DNA of 63,766 nucleotides, counting the filler, from Craspedostauros australis (taxonomy: Eukaryota), in the NCBI GenBank assembly GCA_030167865.1. It is 7 parts of 7 records of this genome, joined end to end, with 100 filler letters (N's around TTAATTAATTAA, not from the genome) between each part and the next. Parts side by side here need not be neighbours in the genome. Positions count along the whole stretch, not along the records: positions 1 to 19,821 come from JALAGF010002474.1; positions 19,922 to 24,457 come from JALAGF010002475.1; 5 more parts are not named here. One strand, written 5' to 3'. The notes under the pieces are model-generated. The model did not search any database. It saw nothing but the letters and a program-made list of their open reading frames with translations, and had not been told where the DNA came from. Below are positions 12,977 to 23,346 of the stretch, piece by piece. Both the position numbers and the translations under genes were made by a program. The stretch's first letter is position 1; each line of letters opens with the position of its first letter.

Positions 12977-15094
12977 TCATCGTTTGCAAACGATCCGGAT
13001 CTGCTGCTTGCCGAACGCCATCACGACCCATTCACCGTTGGGATGGAATGCAAAGACGTTCGGAAAGGCGGCGACGCTCATCTTGTGGATCACGGGCGCT
13101 GAGCTGCAATCGGACCACAGCAACGATCGCTGTTGCGATGGCACGGCATGCGACTGCGCATGCAGGACGTACTTATCGTGATGCGCGAGATGCTGGGTGA
13201 TGTCAGGGACGTTCGTCCAGGCAATGCTGTGCATGCCAAACGGGCTGCAGCGGATGGGCTGCAACGGCATGCTCCACTTCATTGTGGAGACGAGCTTGCC
13301 GTCCGCCTTCTGGATTTGGACCTTGCGACTGGAGTATTGGAGGGTGGTGGATCTGATGCAGTACTGCTGCTTTTTGGTTGTGACCGTTGCGGAGAGGATT
13401 GTGGAGAAGGACCAACCGCACGTGCTGATCCATCGGATCGGAATTCTTCCCCACATCTTCGCAGGCGTTCCGCGCTCATCATCCGCGGACGACTTGATCG
13501 ATGGCGCCGCCGCCGTCGTCGGCGCGTTTCGCAAGGAATGGACCACGAACCGCTGAACTCCCATCTTGGGAAACGACGGATTGGCCTTGCTGACCAAGGC
13601 CGCCAAGTCGCACACAATCTCCGGTCGATGTTCGGTAGTGGTCATGAAGCGGACAGTCTTGACGCGCTCCCACCGGATCGCAACGAACCGACCGCCAGTC
13701 GTGCCCACGAGGATGTGATGGGCGTCGAGGTTCTGCACGCATGTGACGATGTTATCGTTGGGATGTGTGGTCCACTTCCATCTGGGTTTGGGGGATCGAT
13801 GCAGGAAGCTCTTGGGAATTCGCCAGCAGATCAAATCATCGTGATTGACGGTGATCAGCGTGGTCTCGTTGATGAAATGCAAGCATGATGGCGGTGGTTT
13901 GTTGGATCGACGTCCAAAGTCGCATGCCACGTACAGTCCGCGAGGCGGGAGCATCTGCCGATGCCGTTCGGCCTGTTGCAACCAGTCCGAGATGATGTCG
14001 ACCTGGTAGATGTGCACGGTGCGAGGCGATCGCAAACCGACCACCAGCTGATCCATGTTGTACGGGTTCCACATCATGCACGTTGCCGACGACGGGATGC
14101 GGAACGTGATGATGGGCGGAATGATTGACACTGTGCGTTGAACGGACTTGTCGACCTTGCTGCGGGATCTCTGTCGTCTTCCTGCTTGATCGGCACCGGC
14201 CACTGTGTCCCAATCGTACACGCGAACATGGTTATCGTCGCAGGCAACCGCCAGAAGCACCCCCATCGGGTCCCAGCACATTTGTTGCACCGTGATGCTG
14301 GGTGGCATCTGCACAGACAGCCACGACGGTGTTCTCCATTGTCGGTGGAAGTGCTTGAATCGGTTTGCATTGATCCTCGTTCCATGCGACGCGCGTTGTG
14401 ACAGCGCATTGAGGAGGCTGCAATGTGACACGGGACGATGCGAGGGGTTGCGCAGTGTGCTCGTATGGCCGCTGTTGCTGTTGCTAGTGTCATTGGTCGC
14501 GTCAGCATTGTTGTCAATACCAGAATTGTTGCCCGTTGTCAAGAATGGGACAGAGCTGAAGTCGTCGTAGCTGATGATGCGTCCCTTTCGGGTCGCCATT
14601 CGCTTTGGAATGACGGCAGTTGCGCTGCCCTGTGCAGTGTCTCTCGCTGTTTGGCCAGTTTGGCCAGGGGTTGCGTGGTCATCAATAATAGGTTCTTTGC
14701 ATGCGGATACCACCGACCGCTTGGAATCCTGCGATGGTTGATCAATGTTGCTTTTCATTGCCACAGGCTTGAAGGACAGTTTCGTTTGCTTCATTTTCGT
14801 CACCTTCCTTCGTTTCGTGGCTTTGGCGCCTGCAGTCGAAGACGTCTGGCTCGCACGCGGGCGGCAGACCTTGCGAGGCTTGGGTGCTTCCCTTCGTGCG
14901 TCACCCAATGCGCTGAGAGGAACATCGTCATCCGAATCGCCCGAATCGTCTGCATCAGGACCATTCGCTGCACTGGAATTGCTGCTAGAAGCTTCCAAGG
15001 TTTCACGGCTCACTGATCGCATCAGGGACTTGGAGCCGTTGCCTTCTCCCTTCGTTGCACCCCGTCGTCGCTTTCCTTTCATCAGCACGTTCAT
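12977..15094 (-). CDS. Divergent WD40/beta-propeller-like protein with a basic N-terminal region
   Basis: 705-aa ORF; WDPMGVLLAVACDDNHVRVYDWD, WNPYNMDQLVVG and FHPNGEWVVMA resemble propeller blades. Confidence 0.6.
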   Translation of the reverse strand: MNVLMKGKRRRGATKGEGNGSKSLMRSVSRETLEASSSNSSAANGPDADDSGDSDDDVPLSALGDARREAPKPRKVCRPRASQTSSTAGAKATKRRKVTKMKQTKLSFKPVAMKSNIDQPSQDSKRSVVSACKEPIIDDHATPGQTGQTARDTAQGSATAVIPKRMATRKGRIISYDDFSSVPFLTTGNNSGIDNNADATNDTSNSNSGHTSTLRNPSHRPVSHCSLLNALSQRASHGTRINANRFKHFHRQWRTPSWLSVQMPPSITVQQMCWDPMGVLLAVACDDNHVRVYDWDTVAGADQAGRRQRSRSKVDKSVQRTVSIIPPIITFRIPSSATCMMWNPYNMDQLVVGLRSPRTVHIYQVDIISDWLQQAERHRQMLPPRGLYVACDFGRRSNKPPPSCLHFINETTLITVNHDDLICWRIPKSFLHRSPKPRWKWTTHPNDNIVTCVQNLDAHHILVGTTGGRFVAIRWERVKTVRFMTTTEHRPEIVCDLAALVSKANPSFPKMGVQRFVVHSLRNAPTTAAAPSIKSSADDERGTPAKMWGRIPIRWISTCGWSFSTILSATVTTKKQQYCIRSTTLQYSSRKVQIQKADGKLVSTMKWSMPLQPIRCSPFGMHSIAWTNVPDITQHLAHHDKYVLHAQSHAVPSQQRSLLWSDCSSAPVIHKMSVAAFPNVFAFHPNGEWVVMAFGKQQIRIVCKR

Positions 15095-15403
15095 AATGGA
15101 TGCTCAAAGATCACAATAACAGCAATGAGGGTATGGATTGGTGGTATCGTTGTGACTGCCGTCCCTTCTTTGACTTGTGCTGTGATTCAGCAGAACGAGT
15201 TACTCTGGTTATCTTGATTGTGTGAATTTGTGATTGTGCGTGGACTGTGTTGTGGCAACAATTGTGTGGCGATTGGCGATTCTCCTGCGATCAATTGCGC
15301 GCCAAAAATGAATCGGTGTCGAAACTTGTTGAAAACAAACTGGCGCGTCAGTGCCGAATTAGTGAGGGTAAATTTCGCATGTTGGTGACATCGCAATTTG
15401 AAA

Positions 15404-15475
15404 GGGGGCGTAGTTCAGTGGCAGAACGTCTGTTTCGCATACAGAAGGTCGCGGGTTCGATTCCCGTCGCCTCCA
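15404..15475 (+). tRNA. tRNA-Ala (anticodon CGC)
   Basis: Full cloverleaf: acceptor GGGGGCG/CGCCTCC with the G3:U70 Ala identity pair, D arm GTTC/GAAC, anticodon arm TCTGT-TTCGCAT-ACAGA, T arm GCGGG-TTCGATT-CCCGT, discriminator A. Confidence 0.97.
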
Positions 15476-15479
15476 CCCC

Positions 15480-15483
15480 TTTT
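15480..15483 (+). terminator. Pol III oligo-T terminator of the tRNA gene
   Basis: TTTT begins 5 nt after the discriminator; further T4 runs at about 15505-15513. Confidence 0.7.
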
Positions 15484-15720
15484 GTCTCGAACAGGCGTGT
15501 CTCATTTTGTTTTGTTCGCAAGAGAAAGGGAGAGCACGTACCAGTGGGTTGCATTTTGCATTGGAGTGTAGTAGAGTACGTACAATTTCCAAAAGGAACC
15601 AAAAATTCCGGAAGAAATTGTCGCAGCAAACAAACACGAATAAACAAATTGAAGACAAGCAACAGACAAGAAAATAACCAGTAAAACAACGAGTCAACGA
15701 CGACGGCGAAGCGTAGCAAG

Positions 15721-18438
15721 ATGTCGAGACCATCGGGCCAAATGCCGATGGAAGCATACATGCGCGGCGCAATCAACAACAACAAACCAACACGAGGAGA
15801 AGCAGGAGCAACGAAGGAGAGCGGAGGACTTAGCAGAAGGAAGAACGAGCAAGAACAGGGGGAGAACGATGGAAAACAAGGACGGGGAGTGCAAAAGGTA
15901 GAGTGTGCAGCAGGGAAGTACTGCAAAGGCAGAGGCACAGCAGCTGCAGCCGTACGATGCCTGACATGCGGCGTTCCAGCACATCGGGAATGCAGAGCAT
16001 GGATCAGGCCAGAAGAGGGGCTGACAACGCCACGAGGGTTCCCAGTAGTATGCAAGCAATGCATCGAGAAAGACGGGATCACGGTAAAAGACGCCAACAC
16101 GGGGCAGCAGTACGTAGGAGCAGCACACGAAGTGATCAGACAGGCTCTAAGCAAGAAATGGGGGAAGATGAAGAACAAAGGAGACGAGGGAACCGACGAG
16201 GACAACGCGGAGGCAACAGAGGATGGAACCACGGAGACTGGGGAAGCGGAGAACCAACGCACGGAGACGAAGGACAACGGGGAAGCAACAGGCCAGGCGG
16301 CGGAGAAGGAGCAAGGACAAGAAGATGGGGGAGAGAGGCCAGGAGTGGAAAGCGACAGCGAAGAAGACAATGAGTGGCCAGACGAATGGGAAGTGCAAGT
16401 ACCGGAGCAAGAGACGGTAGGCCAGGAGACGACGACGGAGACAGCAAGAGAGGCAACCAAGAAGAGAACGGAACGGAGCCCAAGACATGCTCAACAAGGA
16501 GCGCAGCCTACTAAACGAAAGGACGCGCGAGGAGCCGTTGACGGGGAAACAACAGGAGATGGGAACACGGAGCCAACAAGAGCAACAGAACGCAGCCAAC
16601 CACCCACGGAAGTTCAGCCAATGGAATGCGACGAGGCAACCCAGGCAGGAAGCAACGAGAGCGGAGCAAAGCAAGGGAGACCAAACAGCAGAGAAGCCAT
16701 CGAAACAAGATACTGTGATGTACAGATGATGATAGAAGGCGGAGACGGAGCCAACGACGCAGGCACAGCGATTGACGCGGCAATCGCATCATGCAAGGAA
16801 TTCTTGAGGTCCATCCAACGAGTGAATGCAACAGCCAAACTCCTACCATGGAATCCGTACGAAGACCAAACTATCGTACACGCAATGGAATCCTTTCCGA
16901 CCGACATGACGAACCTGAAAAGGTTCTTCAAAGGAGTACGACCGATCTACAAAGCAGCAAAGGAGAAAGGGTATCTGAAAGTGAGAATTGAAGCCAAAGG
17001 ACCAATCAGCAGGATCACGAGCGAATTGACCGATTACTTCCAGCATATCGGAGGAAGGTTCGAAGTCGCCAAAATCCAAGCACACTCCACCACGACACTA
17101 GGATGGCTGCTGTACTCAACCAGGCAGATGGATACGGAAGCACTCGAAGAAGAACTTACGAAGCTGGCGAAGACCCAAGTGGCGATCACGTGGAAGAGGA
17201 TCTCGGATGGCGAAAAATACGATCCAAACAGAGACACCAAAAAGGACCCGAGAGCGCTCCATATCGAATCGAGCTCAGAAGACAGGGCACTGGTGGCAAA
17301 AGTGTTGGAGGTGTATTACAGCACCAAGTCAAAGAAGTTCCCATTGGGAGTGCGAATGAGGATCATCACGCCACTATCCGGCATCGTCAACACGGATATG
17401 AGGAAAGGGTGGTTTGAGCTGAGAGAGCGGCAGATGGAATGGTGTCTGAATGTGGTGGCAATGACCACATACGACATCATACCGGAATGCCTGCAAGAAA
17501 TCCCAGACGGAACACACCTGACGCTTCGAGAGATGATAATGCGCATCAAGTCCACCACGGGCAACACAAAAACACCGTTGTTCACAGCAATCGACAAACA
17601 ATGGAGAGGCAATGGGTACGTAATCCAATTCCATCCAGCCAAAGCATCGGAAGCACGCATGGTAGTCAAAGGGCTACTAGTGAAGCTGACGGCGGATCAC
17701 GGTGAAGAAGTGGCAAGGGTATTCACGTCCATGGCAAGAGTTGAGGCACAGACAATGAGATGGGACGAGGAGACCAAGAGAGTGATTTCGGAAAAGGATC
17801 GAGAAGTCGAAGCGGCGATGGAAGGGGACGAAGACATGCACTTCAAGACGGACAAAGAGGAAGACGAAGGGAGCGAAGATGAAGCAGAAAGGTGGGAGTC
17901 CAATATCAGAGAAGAAAAGGATTTTGGCGAAGAGGACACGATCCCATCAATGCGAGACAAGAAGGCATGGAGACAGATCAGAGAGAAACGGGCAGAGAAA
18001 CAGAAAAAAGCACAGAAAGCAAGAGAGGACGAAGGATCAGTAGCGTCATCACTGACGGGAAGCAGCAAAAGGACAACCGGAACACAGCGAGAGAAGGTCG
18101 CAATGCTGCAGGAGCAGATGGGAAGGATCCTGGATGCACAGACACAAGGATCTGTGACCTCAACTTTGTCGGGCAGCACAGGTAGAACGACAGGGACCAC
18201 AAGAGCGATGATGGCGGCGATGCAACAGCAAATGGAGGAAATGAGGACGATGCTGGCGAATACACAAACCGAGAACGAGAAGCTCCGATCGGAAGCGTGT
18301 ACCCAGCCAACAACCAACGACGTAAGGCCACGGACGGTCCAGTGCGAACAGAAAGCTATCGAAAGGGGTGACAACCTGGACGAGGTGCACGACAAAAGAA
18401 GCGACGGGGACTCGGAAGAGGACCCGGAAAAGGGTTAG
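15721..18438 (+). CDS. LINE ORF1 protein (905 aa) with an N-terminal PHD-like C4HC3 finger and a C-terminal coiled coil
   Basis: CAAGKYC...CLTCGVPAHREC...CKQC at 15904-16062; acidic linker; heptad-like C-terminus; lies directly before the APE ORF. Confidence 0.75.
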   Translation: MSRPSGQMPMEAYMRGAINNNKPTRGEAGATKESGGLSRRKNEQEQGENDGKQGRGVQKVECAAGKYCKGRGTAAAAVRCLTCGVPAHRECRAWIRPEEGLTTPRGFPVVCKQCIEKDGITVKDANTGQQYVGAAHEVIRQALSKKWGKMKNKGDEGTDEDNAEATEDGTTETGEAENQRTETKDNGEATGQAAEKEQGQEDGGERPGVESDSEEDNEWPDEWEVQVPEQETVGQETTTETAREATKKRTERSPRHAQQGAQPTKRKDARGAVDGETTGDGNTEPTRATERSQPPTEVQPMECDEATQAGSNESGAKQGRPNSREAIETRYCDVQMMIEGGDGANDAGTAIDAAIASCKEFLRSIQRVNATAKLLPWNPYEDQTIVHAMESFPTDMTNLKRFFKGVRPIYKAAKEKGYLKVRIEAKGPISRITSELTDYFQHIGGRFEVAKIQAHSTTTLGWLLYSTRQMDTEALEEELTKLAKTQVAITWKRISDGEKYDPNRDTKKDPRALHIESSSEDRALVAKVLEVYYSTKSKKFPLGVRMRIITPLSGIVNTDMRKGWFELRERQMEWCLNVVAMTTYDIIPECLQEIPDGTHLTLREMIMRIKSTTGNTKTPLFTAIDKQWRGNGYVIQFHPAKASEARMVVKGLLVKLTADHGEEVARVFTSMARVEAQTMRWDEETKRVISEKDREVEAAMEGDEDMHFKTDKEEDEGSEDEAERWESNIREEKDFGEEDTIPSMRDKKAWRQIREKRAEKQKKAQKAREDEGSVASSLTGSSKRTTGTQREKVAMLQEQMGRILDAQTQGSVTSTLSGSTGRTTGTTRAMMAAMQQQMEEMRTMLANTQTENEKLRSEACTQPTTNDVRPRTVQCEQKAIERGDNLDEVHDKRSDGDSEEDPEKG

Positions 18439-18595
18439 ACCTAACGGGCAAGGGCAACAGTTGGTGGAAGCACAACGACAGACCCAGAGCCCGGAACAAG
18501 CGCCCACAATAGAGGCCGTTATACCGCAACGGACTCGACGTGGAGAGGATGAAAGGGAACAAGGAAGGAGGAGGACGAACAGGGTGAGGAGGACG

Positions 18596-19821
18596 ATGCT
18601 GAGGAAGCAAAAAGGCCAACTGCGAATAGGACTACAAAACTTCGGGGGGCTAGGAAGACGACCAGGGGACGTGGATGAAGGACTGAAGCAATGGATGAAC
18701 GAAGGGGAATTTGATGTATTCGGGATCACGGAAGTCAACGTGGATTGGAGAACGACGACGACGGAACACTCGCTCAAAGGAAGAATCAAGGAGTGGTGGC
18801 CAACCGGCACATCGGTGGCCAGAACCGCAAACAACCAAACCAACGAGCCAACGTACAGCAAACAATGGGGCGGGGTGGCGATGATAAGCCGGTTCCAGGC
18901 AGCAATAAGAATCATGGAGCAAGGCGAAGATGCAACGCGACTGGGCAGGTGGGTATGGCAACGGTACCGAGGGGCGAACCAACAAACACTCCGGGTAGCA
19001 ACGGCATATCGGCCGTGCCGACCGCGAAGCAAGGGATTTCTCAACACGCACGCACAACAGAGACGATACTTCAACGAGAGAAACATGGAAAAGGAACCAA
19101 GGGCGGCGATGATGGAGGACCTACAAACGGAGGTGCAGAAGTGGAAGCAGAGCGGAGATCACATTATCGTGATTATGGACTGCAACGAGGACACCGACTC
19201 GACGACCATGAGGCAATTCCAATCCGCAACAGGGTTAGTGAATGTCATGGAGAAAGCAGGGGGGGATGTGCGCCGGACGCCGACACATAGGCTGGGCAAA
19301 GTCCCGATCGACGGGATATTTGCATCCATAGCCGTGACCGTGGAAGGCGCAGGAGTGAGCGACTGGGACGAAGGGATCCAGATGAAACAAGCAGACCACC
19401 GGTGTCTGTGGGTTGATATCAGCATGGAGGCGGTGCTTGGACAATCGATGCCGTCGTTACGAAAAGCGGTATCGAGGCGTGTCAAGACGGAGGATCCACG
19501 CATCGTACAAAAATTCAACGAGAAGTATGAAGCATACCTGAAGCAACACAAGGCGCGGAAGCGAGCGTTTCAACTGGAGAAGCAGGCGTCAGAGATGTGG
19601 ACAGCGGCGATGGAGGCAGAGGCGGAAGCATTGGATCAAGTACGAGTGCAAGGGATTTGGCAGGCGGATAAGGCATGTCGAAGATTACGCATGGGAGGCA
19701 TACCGTATTCCAGAGAGTACAAGATGATCGAAGCCGCGATAGGGCTATGGAATAACATTGCACGGAAGCGACGAGGGATGAAGGTGTCGTCAACTACGAT
19801 CGTGCGATTGGCCAAGAGAGC
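18596..19821 (+). CDS. LINE ORF2, AP-endonuclease domain (RT expected beyond the gap), partial
   Basis: EEP motifs LRIGLQN, FDVFGITEVN, TAYRP, IIVIMDCNE, PIDGIF, DHRCLW. First ATG at 18596; the frame is open from at least 18368. Confidence 0.88.
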
Positions 19822-19921
19822 NNNNNNNNNNNNNNNNNNNNNNNNNNNNNNNNNNNNNNNNNNNNTTAATTAATTAANNNNNNNNNNNNNNNNNNNNNNN
19901 NNNNNNNNNNNNNNNNNNNNN
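19822..19921. other. Artificial assembly spacer N44-TTAATTAATTAA-N44 (also at 24458-24557, 48087-48186, 50463-50562, 61441-61540, 62623-62722)
   Basis: The same 100-nt structure occurs six times; the 12-mer gives stop codons in all six frames. Confidence 0.95.
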
Positions 19922-21609
19922 AAAGAGGATGATTGGTGCCATCTGCATCGCGTGCATGGTGGTGGCAACGAACTCACGGTCATCGCCGTCGTCCCCGTCA
20001 TCCTCACTCCAATGCAGAAGCGAAGCAGCAGCAGCAGCAGCAATGGGAGTGGGAACCACCAACCAATACGGAAGATTGCCGTGATCGGCGGTGGCAGCGC
20101 TGGTCTCTCCTGGTGCAGGCTTTCGAGAAATTCCGACAACGGCGGCATGGAGGCATGTCAGTGCTGAAGCAGATCTCTCCGTCCCTGTAGCGTGCGGCGG
20201 CCGATGGCGCGCTGCCGTCGACGACCGTGAGTTCCAAGACCACCAACTGGATCTCATCCAGACAGATGATCATGAATGTGGAGTGACGCCACGACGAAAG
20301 CGCTGATCCAGGAGGAAGGCGAGGCCATGGCGTACCCTCCTCCATCATGCGGAGAGCGCTGTAGTAGGCGCTGCAAGAGGCGCTGGAGGTGACGCCCGTG
20401 CATCTCAACAAGCAGGTGGTGAATGTGGAATGTCAAAAGACGGAAGAGCGAGATTCCATCCATCTCGCATTTGAAGATGGAACGAGGGATGGGTCGTACT
20501 GGTGCGATATGGTGGAGGGCTGGAATGGTGTCGACAGCGTCGTCAAGCAGCATATCAACGGTGCTGGTGGTGGCAATGGTAATGGCGATGACAGTGGTGA
20601 TGGAAATGTGTTGTCTTCAGCAGGCAACAACGCAGGTTCGGCGACTGTGCACTCTGGCATCTGCATCCGGTACGCCATCCAGGATGTCGCCAAAGAGGAC
20701 AGCGAGCATAACAGCGGGATTAGCAGGAGTAGTAGTAGCAGCAGCAGCAGCGGCGACCGAATGAACACAATGGAACAAGATTCCATCCTGCAGCAACACT
20801 TTGGCAACAGCGCCTACTGCCTCACCAGCAACTGCGACAATGGCAACTATGACAACGGCAACTACAACAGCGGCATCAAGCGTGACACTACCAGAGGCCG
20901 CTTCATCATCTTCCGCAACACCTTCCCCTTCTCCCAGCCCACCGCCAGCAAGGATGACGAGAACATCCCTTGGAAAGCATGATCCGAGGGCGAGCACATC
21001 CAGCAACAGATGTGACAGCAGATCGATGATGCCAAGATCTTCATGCACACCATCAGGCCCATCATCGATCGACTCATGGACAAGGCCAATCGTTTCTTCG
21101 AGTTGGGGATCTACCTCCACAATCCCTTTGCGCGATGGACCAAGGTGATGATGGGCACCACTGGCAACCGCAACGGCAACCGCAACGGCGACTGCAACGG
21201 CAACTGCAATGGAAGCACTTGCAAAGGCGTAGATGCGGATAAGGCCGCCATCCTGACTGTCTGTGGTGATGCGGCGCACGCCATGCCTCTGTTCCTTGGA
21301 CAGGGCACCAATCAGGCCATCCAAGACGCCTACTGTCTGGTCAACGCCATTTAGCAGTACACCATGCAGTACAATGGACAAGCCAATGGTGGCAACAGCC
21401 TCAAAGACATCCTACAGATAGAATACATGGACAAGTGATGGTCCACCATCGGGACCATCACGTCCAGCATGGTCAACCCTGGTCTGATGGGATACCTGAA
21501 GGCCTTGTGAGGACCATTGACCAAGTTCCGGGATGTGTGCTTCATCATTATGGACAAGACGGGTGTTGCGAAGACGGTCTTTCTGGATGCTGCTGTTCCG
21601 AGGATATGA
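19922..21609 (+). pseudogene. FAD-dependent monooxygenase (zeaxanthin epoxidase/salicylate hydroxylase family) pseudogene
   Basis: KIAVIGGGSAGLS (GxGxxG), GWNGVDSVVK (degenerate DG motif), GDAAHAMPLFLGQGTNQAIQDAYCL. Broken by frameshifts and by stops at 20304, 20362, 20365, 20980, 21352, 21436 and 21508. Confidence 0.85.
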
Positions 21610-21990
21610 GAATGTATGGAGCGGTGTGAAATCGCGATGTGGTACATTTGTGATGCAGGTAGATTCTGTGGACGGCTTTCGCTTGTTGTTGATGGACCTG
21701 CCACACTCGTCCGATCCAAACATTCCATACTTCTCACCAACCACAACACTCAATCACAATCATAATCATAATCACAAGTGAACACCTCCCAATCAATCAA
21801 CCTCTCAACCAACCATCTCCCTTTTCCATCTAACTCGTACAACAACACACTCACATTCACCAGAGTATCAATACTGTTTTCATGTGCTGTTCTAATTACT
21901 CGACGACCAGAGTACTCCAAGGCAATGCAGGATCTCATCAATCATCGATGTGCCGTTCTATTCCGCACAGCACGCAGAAGCATCATCGAC

Positions 21991-23346
21991 TCAGACGAGC
22001 CGATCCGCTCTCTTGTCATCCCACGCCTGTTTCAACGTCTCACTGTCCTGCAGCAGAATGTTGAAAGTCTCGTTCATGGGATCCATTGTACCCATTAGAC
22101 CTACTGCATCCATTGGACCCCGTTTGCTTGTTCTCATCAGCATCTCTCCGAACAGGGCCAGTGGCCGCGACCATGTCGGAAGGGAACACAGCACTGCTCT
22201 CACCTTGTTGCGTTGATTTCGCCGCAAGCTATGTTCAACAAGCGCATTGTACGAATGGACATGTTCGTCAGGCGGGCATGGATGAATGTGGAGATGGGTG
22301 AGTTGGGTAGTCTGCTCCAAGGCTTGCTGAAGTGCTTCCATTTGTGCCGAGAGGGTCTCAGGCGGAACCTCAAACATGCTGGGATCCGTTGAGTGAGAGT
22401 ATCTGAGAGATGACAAGGTCTTGTTTCCCAGGAGCGAGATCAATGCGTCGAACATGATCATCTGCTCTTGTTGCGATGACATGTTCCAAATACAGAAAAC
22501 TTTGAGCTTCTTCAGGTGTGATGTATCTGAAAGGAGTTTGATGATCTGGTCGGTTTCTTGTTGTGAGTAGATTTGTCGGGCGCTGTTGACCAGACTGAAA
22601 CTGATGTCGAACTTGTTGATGCGCTTGTTTGACTGGAATAGCTTTGCCAAGCTATCGCAAGTGACTCGGGTGTAGAACAAGGATACTTCGGTGACACTGC
22701 AATTGTTTGGAGACAGCCATCTGCACAAATCAGCGCCCCCATTGGCCAGGTTACAATAATTAAACCCAACATATGTCGAGTTTTGGGAGATGTTGAACAT
22801 GAGCTTGTCGCAATCACCAAGATCACATGAGCACAAACTCAAACAATGTGTCACAAGAGGGATATCATGGAGCTGCTTCATCTCGACGAAGCATGGAGGC
22901 AAGCAGATGCCTTGGTCGAATGAAGATTTGAGTGGGTGTTTGGCAGCCAATCGAAGTACGAAGCGAATCGCTTGCTTGTCTTCTTCTCCAAATTGGTCAT
23001 TGCTGCCGAACTCCAGAGTCAGGTATCGAATGTGCATCCATCCGCAGCCCCTGCGAAACCAATTGCTCAATAGAACACGAGGTGATAAAGCAATGTGTTT
23101 GTGCCGCCGCTCCATCGATTCCAAGTCAGCAAAGGTGAATCCTGCTTCGATGGCCATGTCCCAGTATTCCATCCGCTTGGGTGTGACACTGTAGCAGTCG
23201 ATCTGCTGTCTTGGATGACTCTGTACATTGAACACGGTCTTCGGTGACAGCTCTTTTCGATGGAGTTGTTTCCAGAAAGTCTTGAAGTCTGGATCATGAT
23301 GGCTGTTGGTATTGGTGTTGGCGACAGCATCCATGTCGCGGTTCAT
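21991..23346 (-). CDS. RNI-like/degenerate leucine-rich-repeat protein
   Basis: Intact 451-aa ORF with LxxLxL-type repeats (LSLCSCDL, VTEVSLFYT, LKKLKV, LSSLRY, LTHLHI) and a C-terminal LRRN...W motif like expanded diatom RNI-like families. Confidence 0.65.
   Translation of the reverse strand: MNRDMDAVANTNTNSHHDPDFKTFWKQLHRKELSPKTVFNVQSHPRQQIDCYSVTPKRMEYWDMAIEAGFTFADLESMERRHKHIALSPRVLLSNWFRRGCGWMHIRYLTLEFGSNDQFGEEDKQAIRFVLRLAAKHPLKSSFDQGICLPPCFVEMKQLHDIPLVTHCLSLCSCDLGDCDKLMFNISQNSTYVGFNYCNLANGGADLCRWLSPNNCSVTEVSLFYTRVTCDSLAKLFQSNKRINKFDISFSLVNSARQIYSQQETDQIIKLLSDTSHLKKLKVFCIWNMSSQQEQMIMFDALISLLGNKTLSSLRYSHSTDPSMFEVPPETLSAQMEALQQALEQTTQLTHLHIHPCPPDEHVHSYNALVEHSLRRNQRNKVRAVLCSLPTWSRPLALFGEMLMRTSKRGPMDAVGLMGTMDPMNETFNILLQDSETLKQAWDDKRADRLV

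Larger units (their letters stand above)
15517..19821 (+). mobile_element. Non-LTR retrotransposon (LINE, APE-type; possibly diatom Ambal-like), 5' part, cut by an assembly gap
   Basis: Two long intron-less ORFs, an abrupt switch to a purine-rich sense strand, and AP-endonuclease motifs at the start of ORF2. The 5' boundary is approximate and the clade assignment is inferred. Confidence 0.85.

Noticed and set aside
18368..18595. Programmed frameshift between ORF1 and ORF2 of the LINE
   Set aside because: The frames overlap, but no clear slippery site was seen, and an ATG at 18596 lies just before the first endonuclease motif.
15348..19086. Long antisense ORFs over the LINE (15348-16460, 18160-19086)
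   Set aside because: Ser/Phe/Leu/Pro-rich shadows of the purine-rich sense ORFs, with no domain features.
19866..19877. Recurrent TTAATTAATTAA palindrome as a biological motif or piggyBac TTAA site
   Set aside because: It is always centred in a 100-nt N block, so it is an assembly linker. Neighbourhoods across these gaps (e.g. ankyrin-gag-piggyBac) were not interpreted as clusters.
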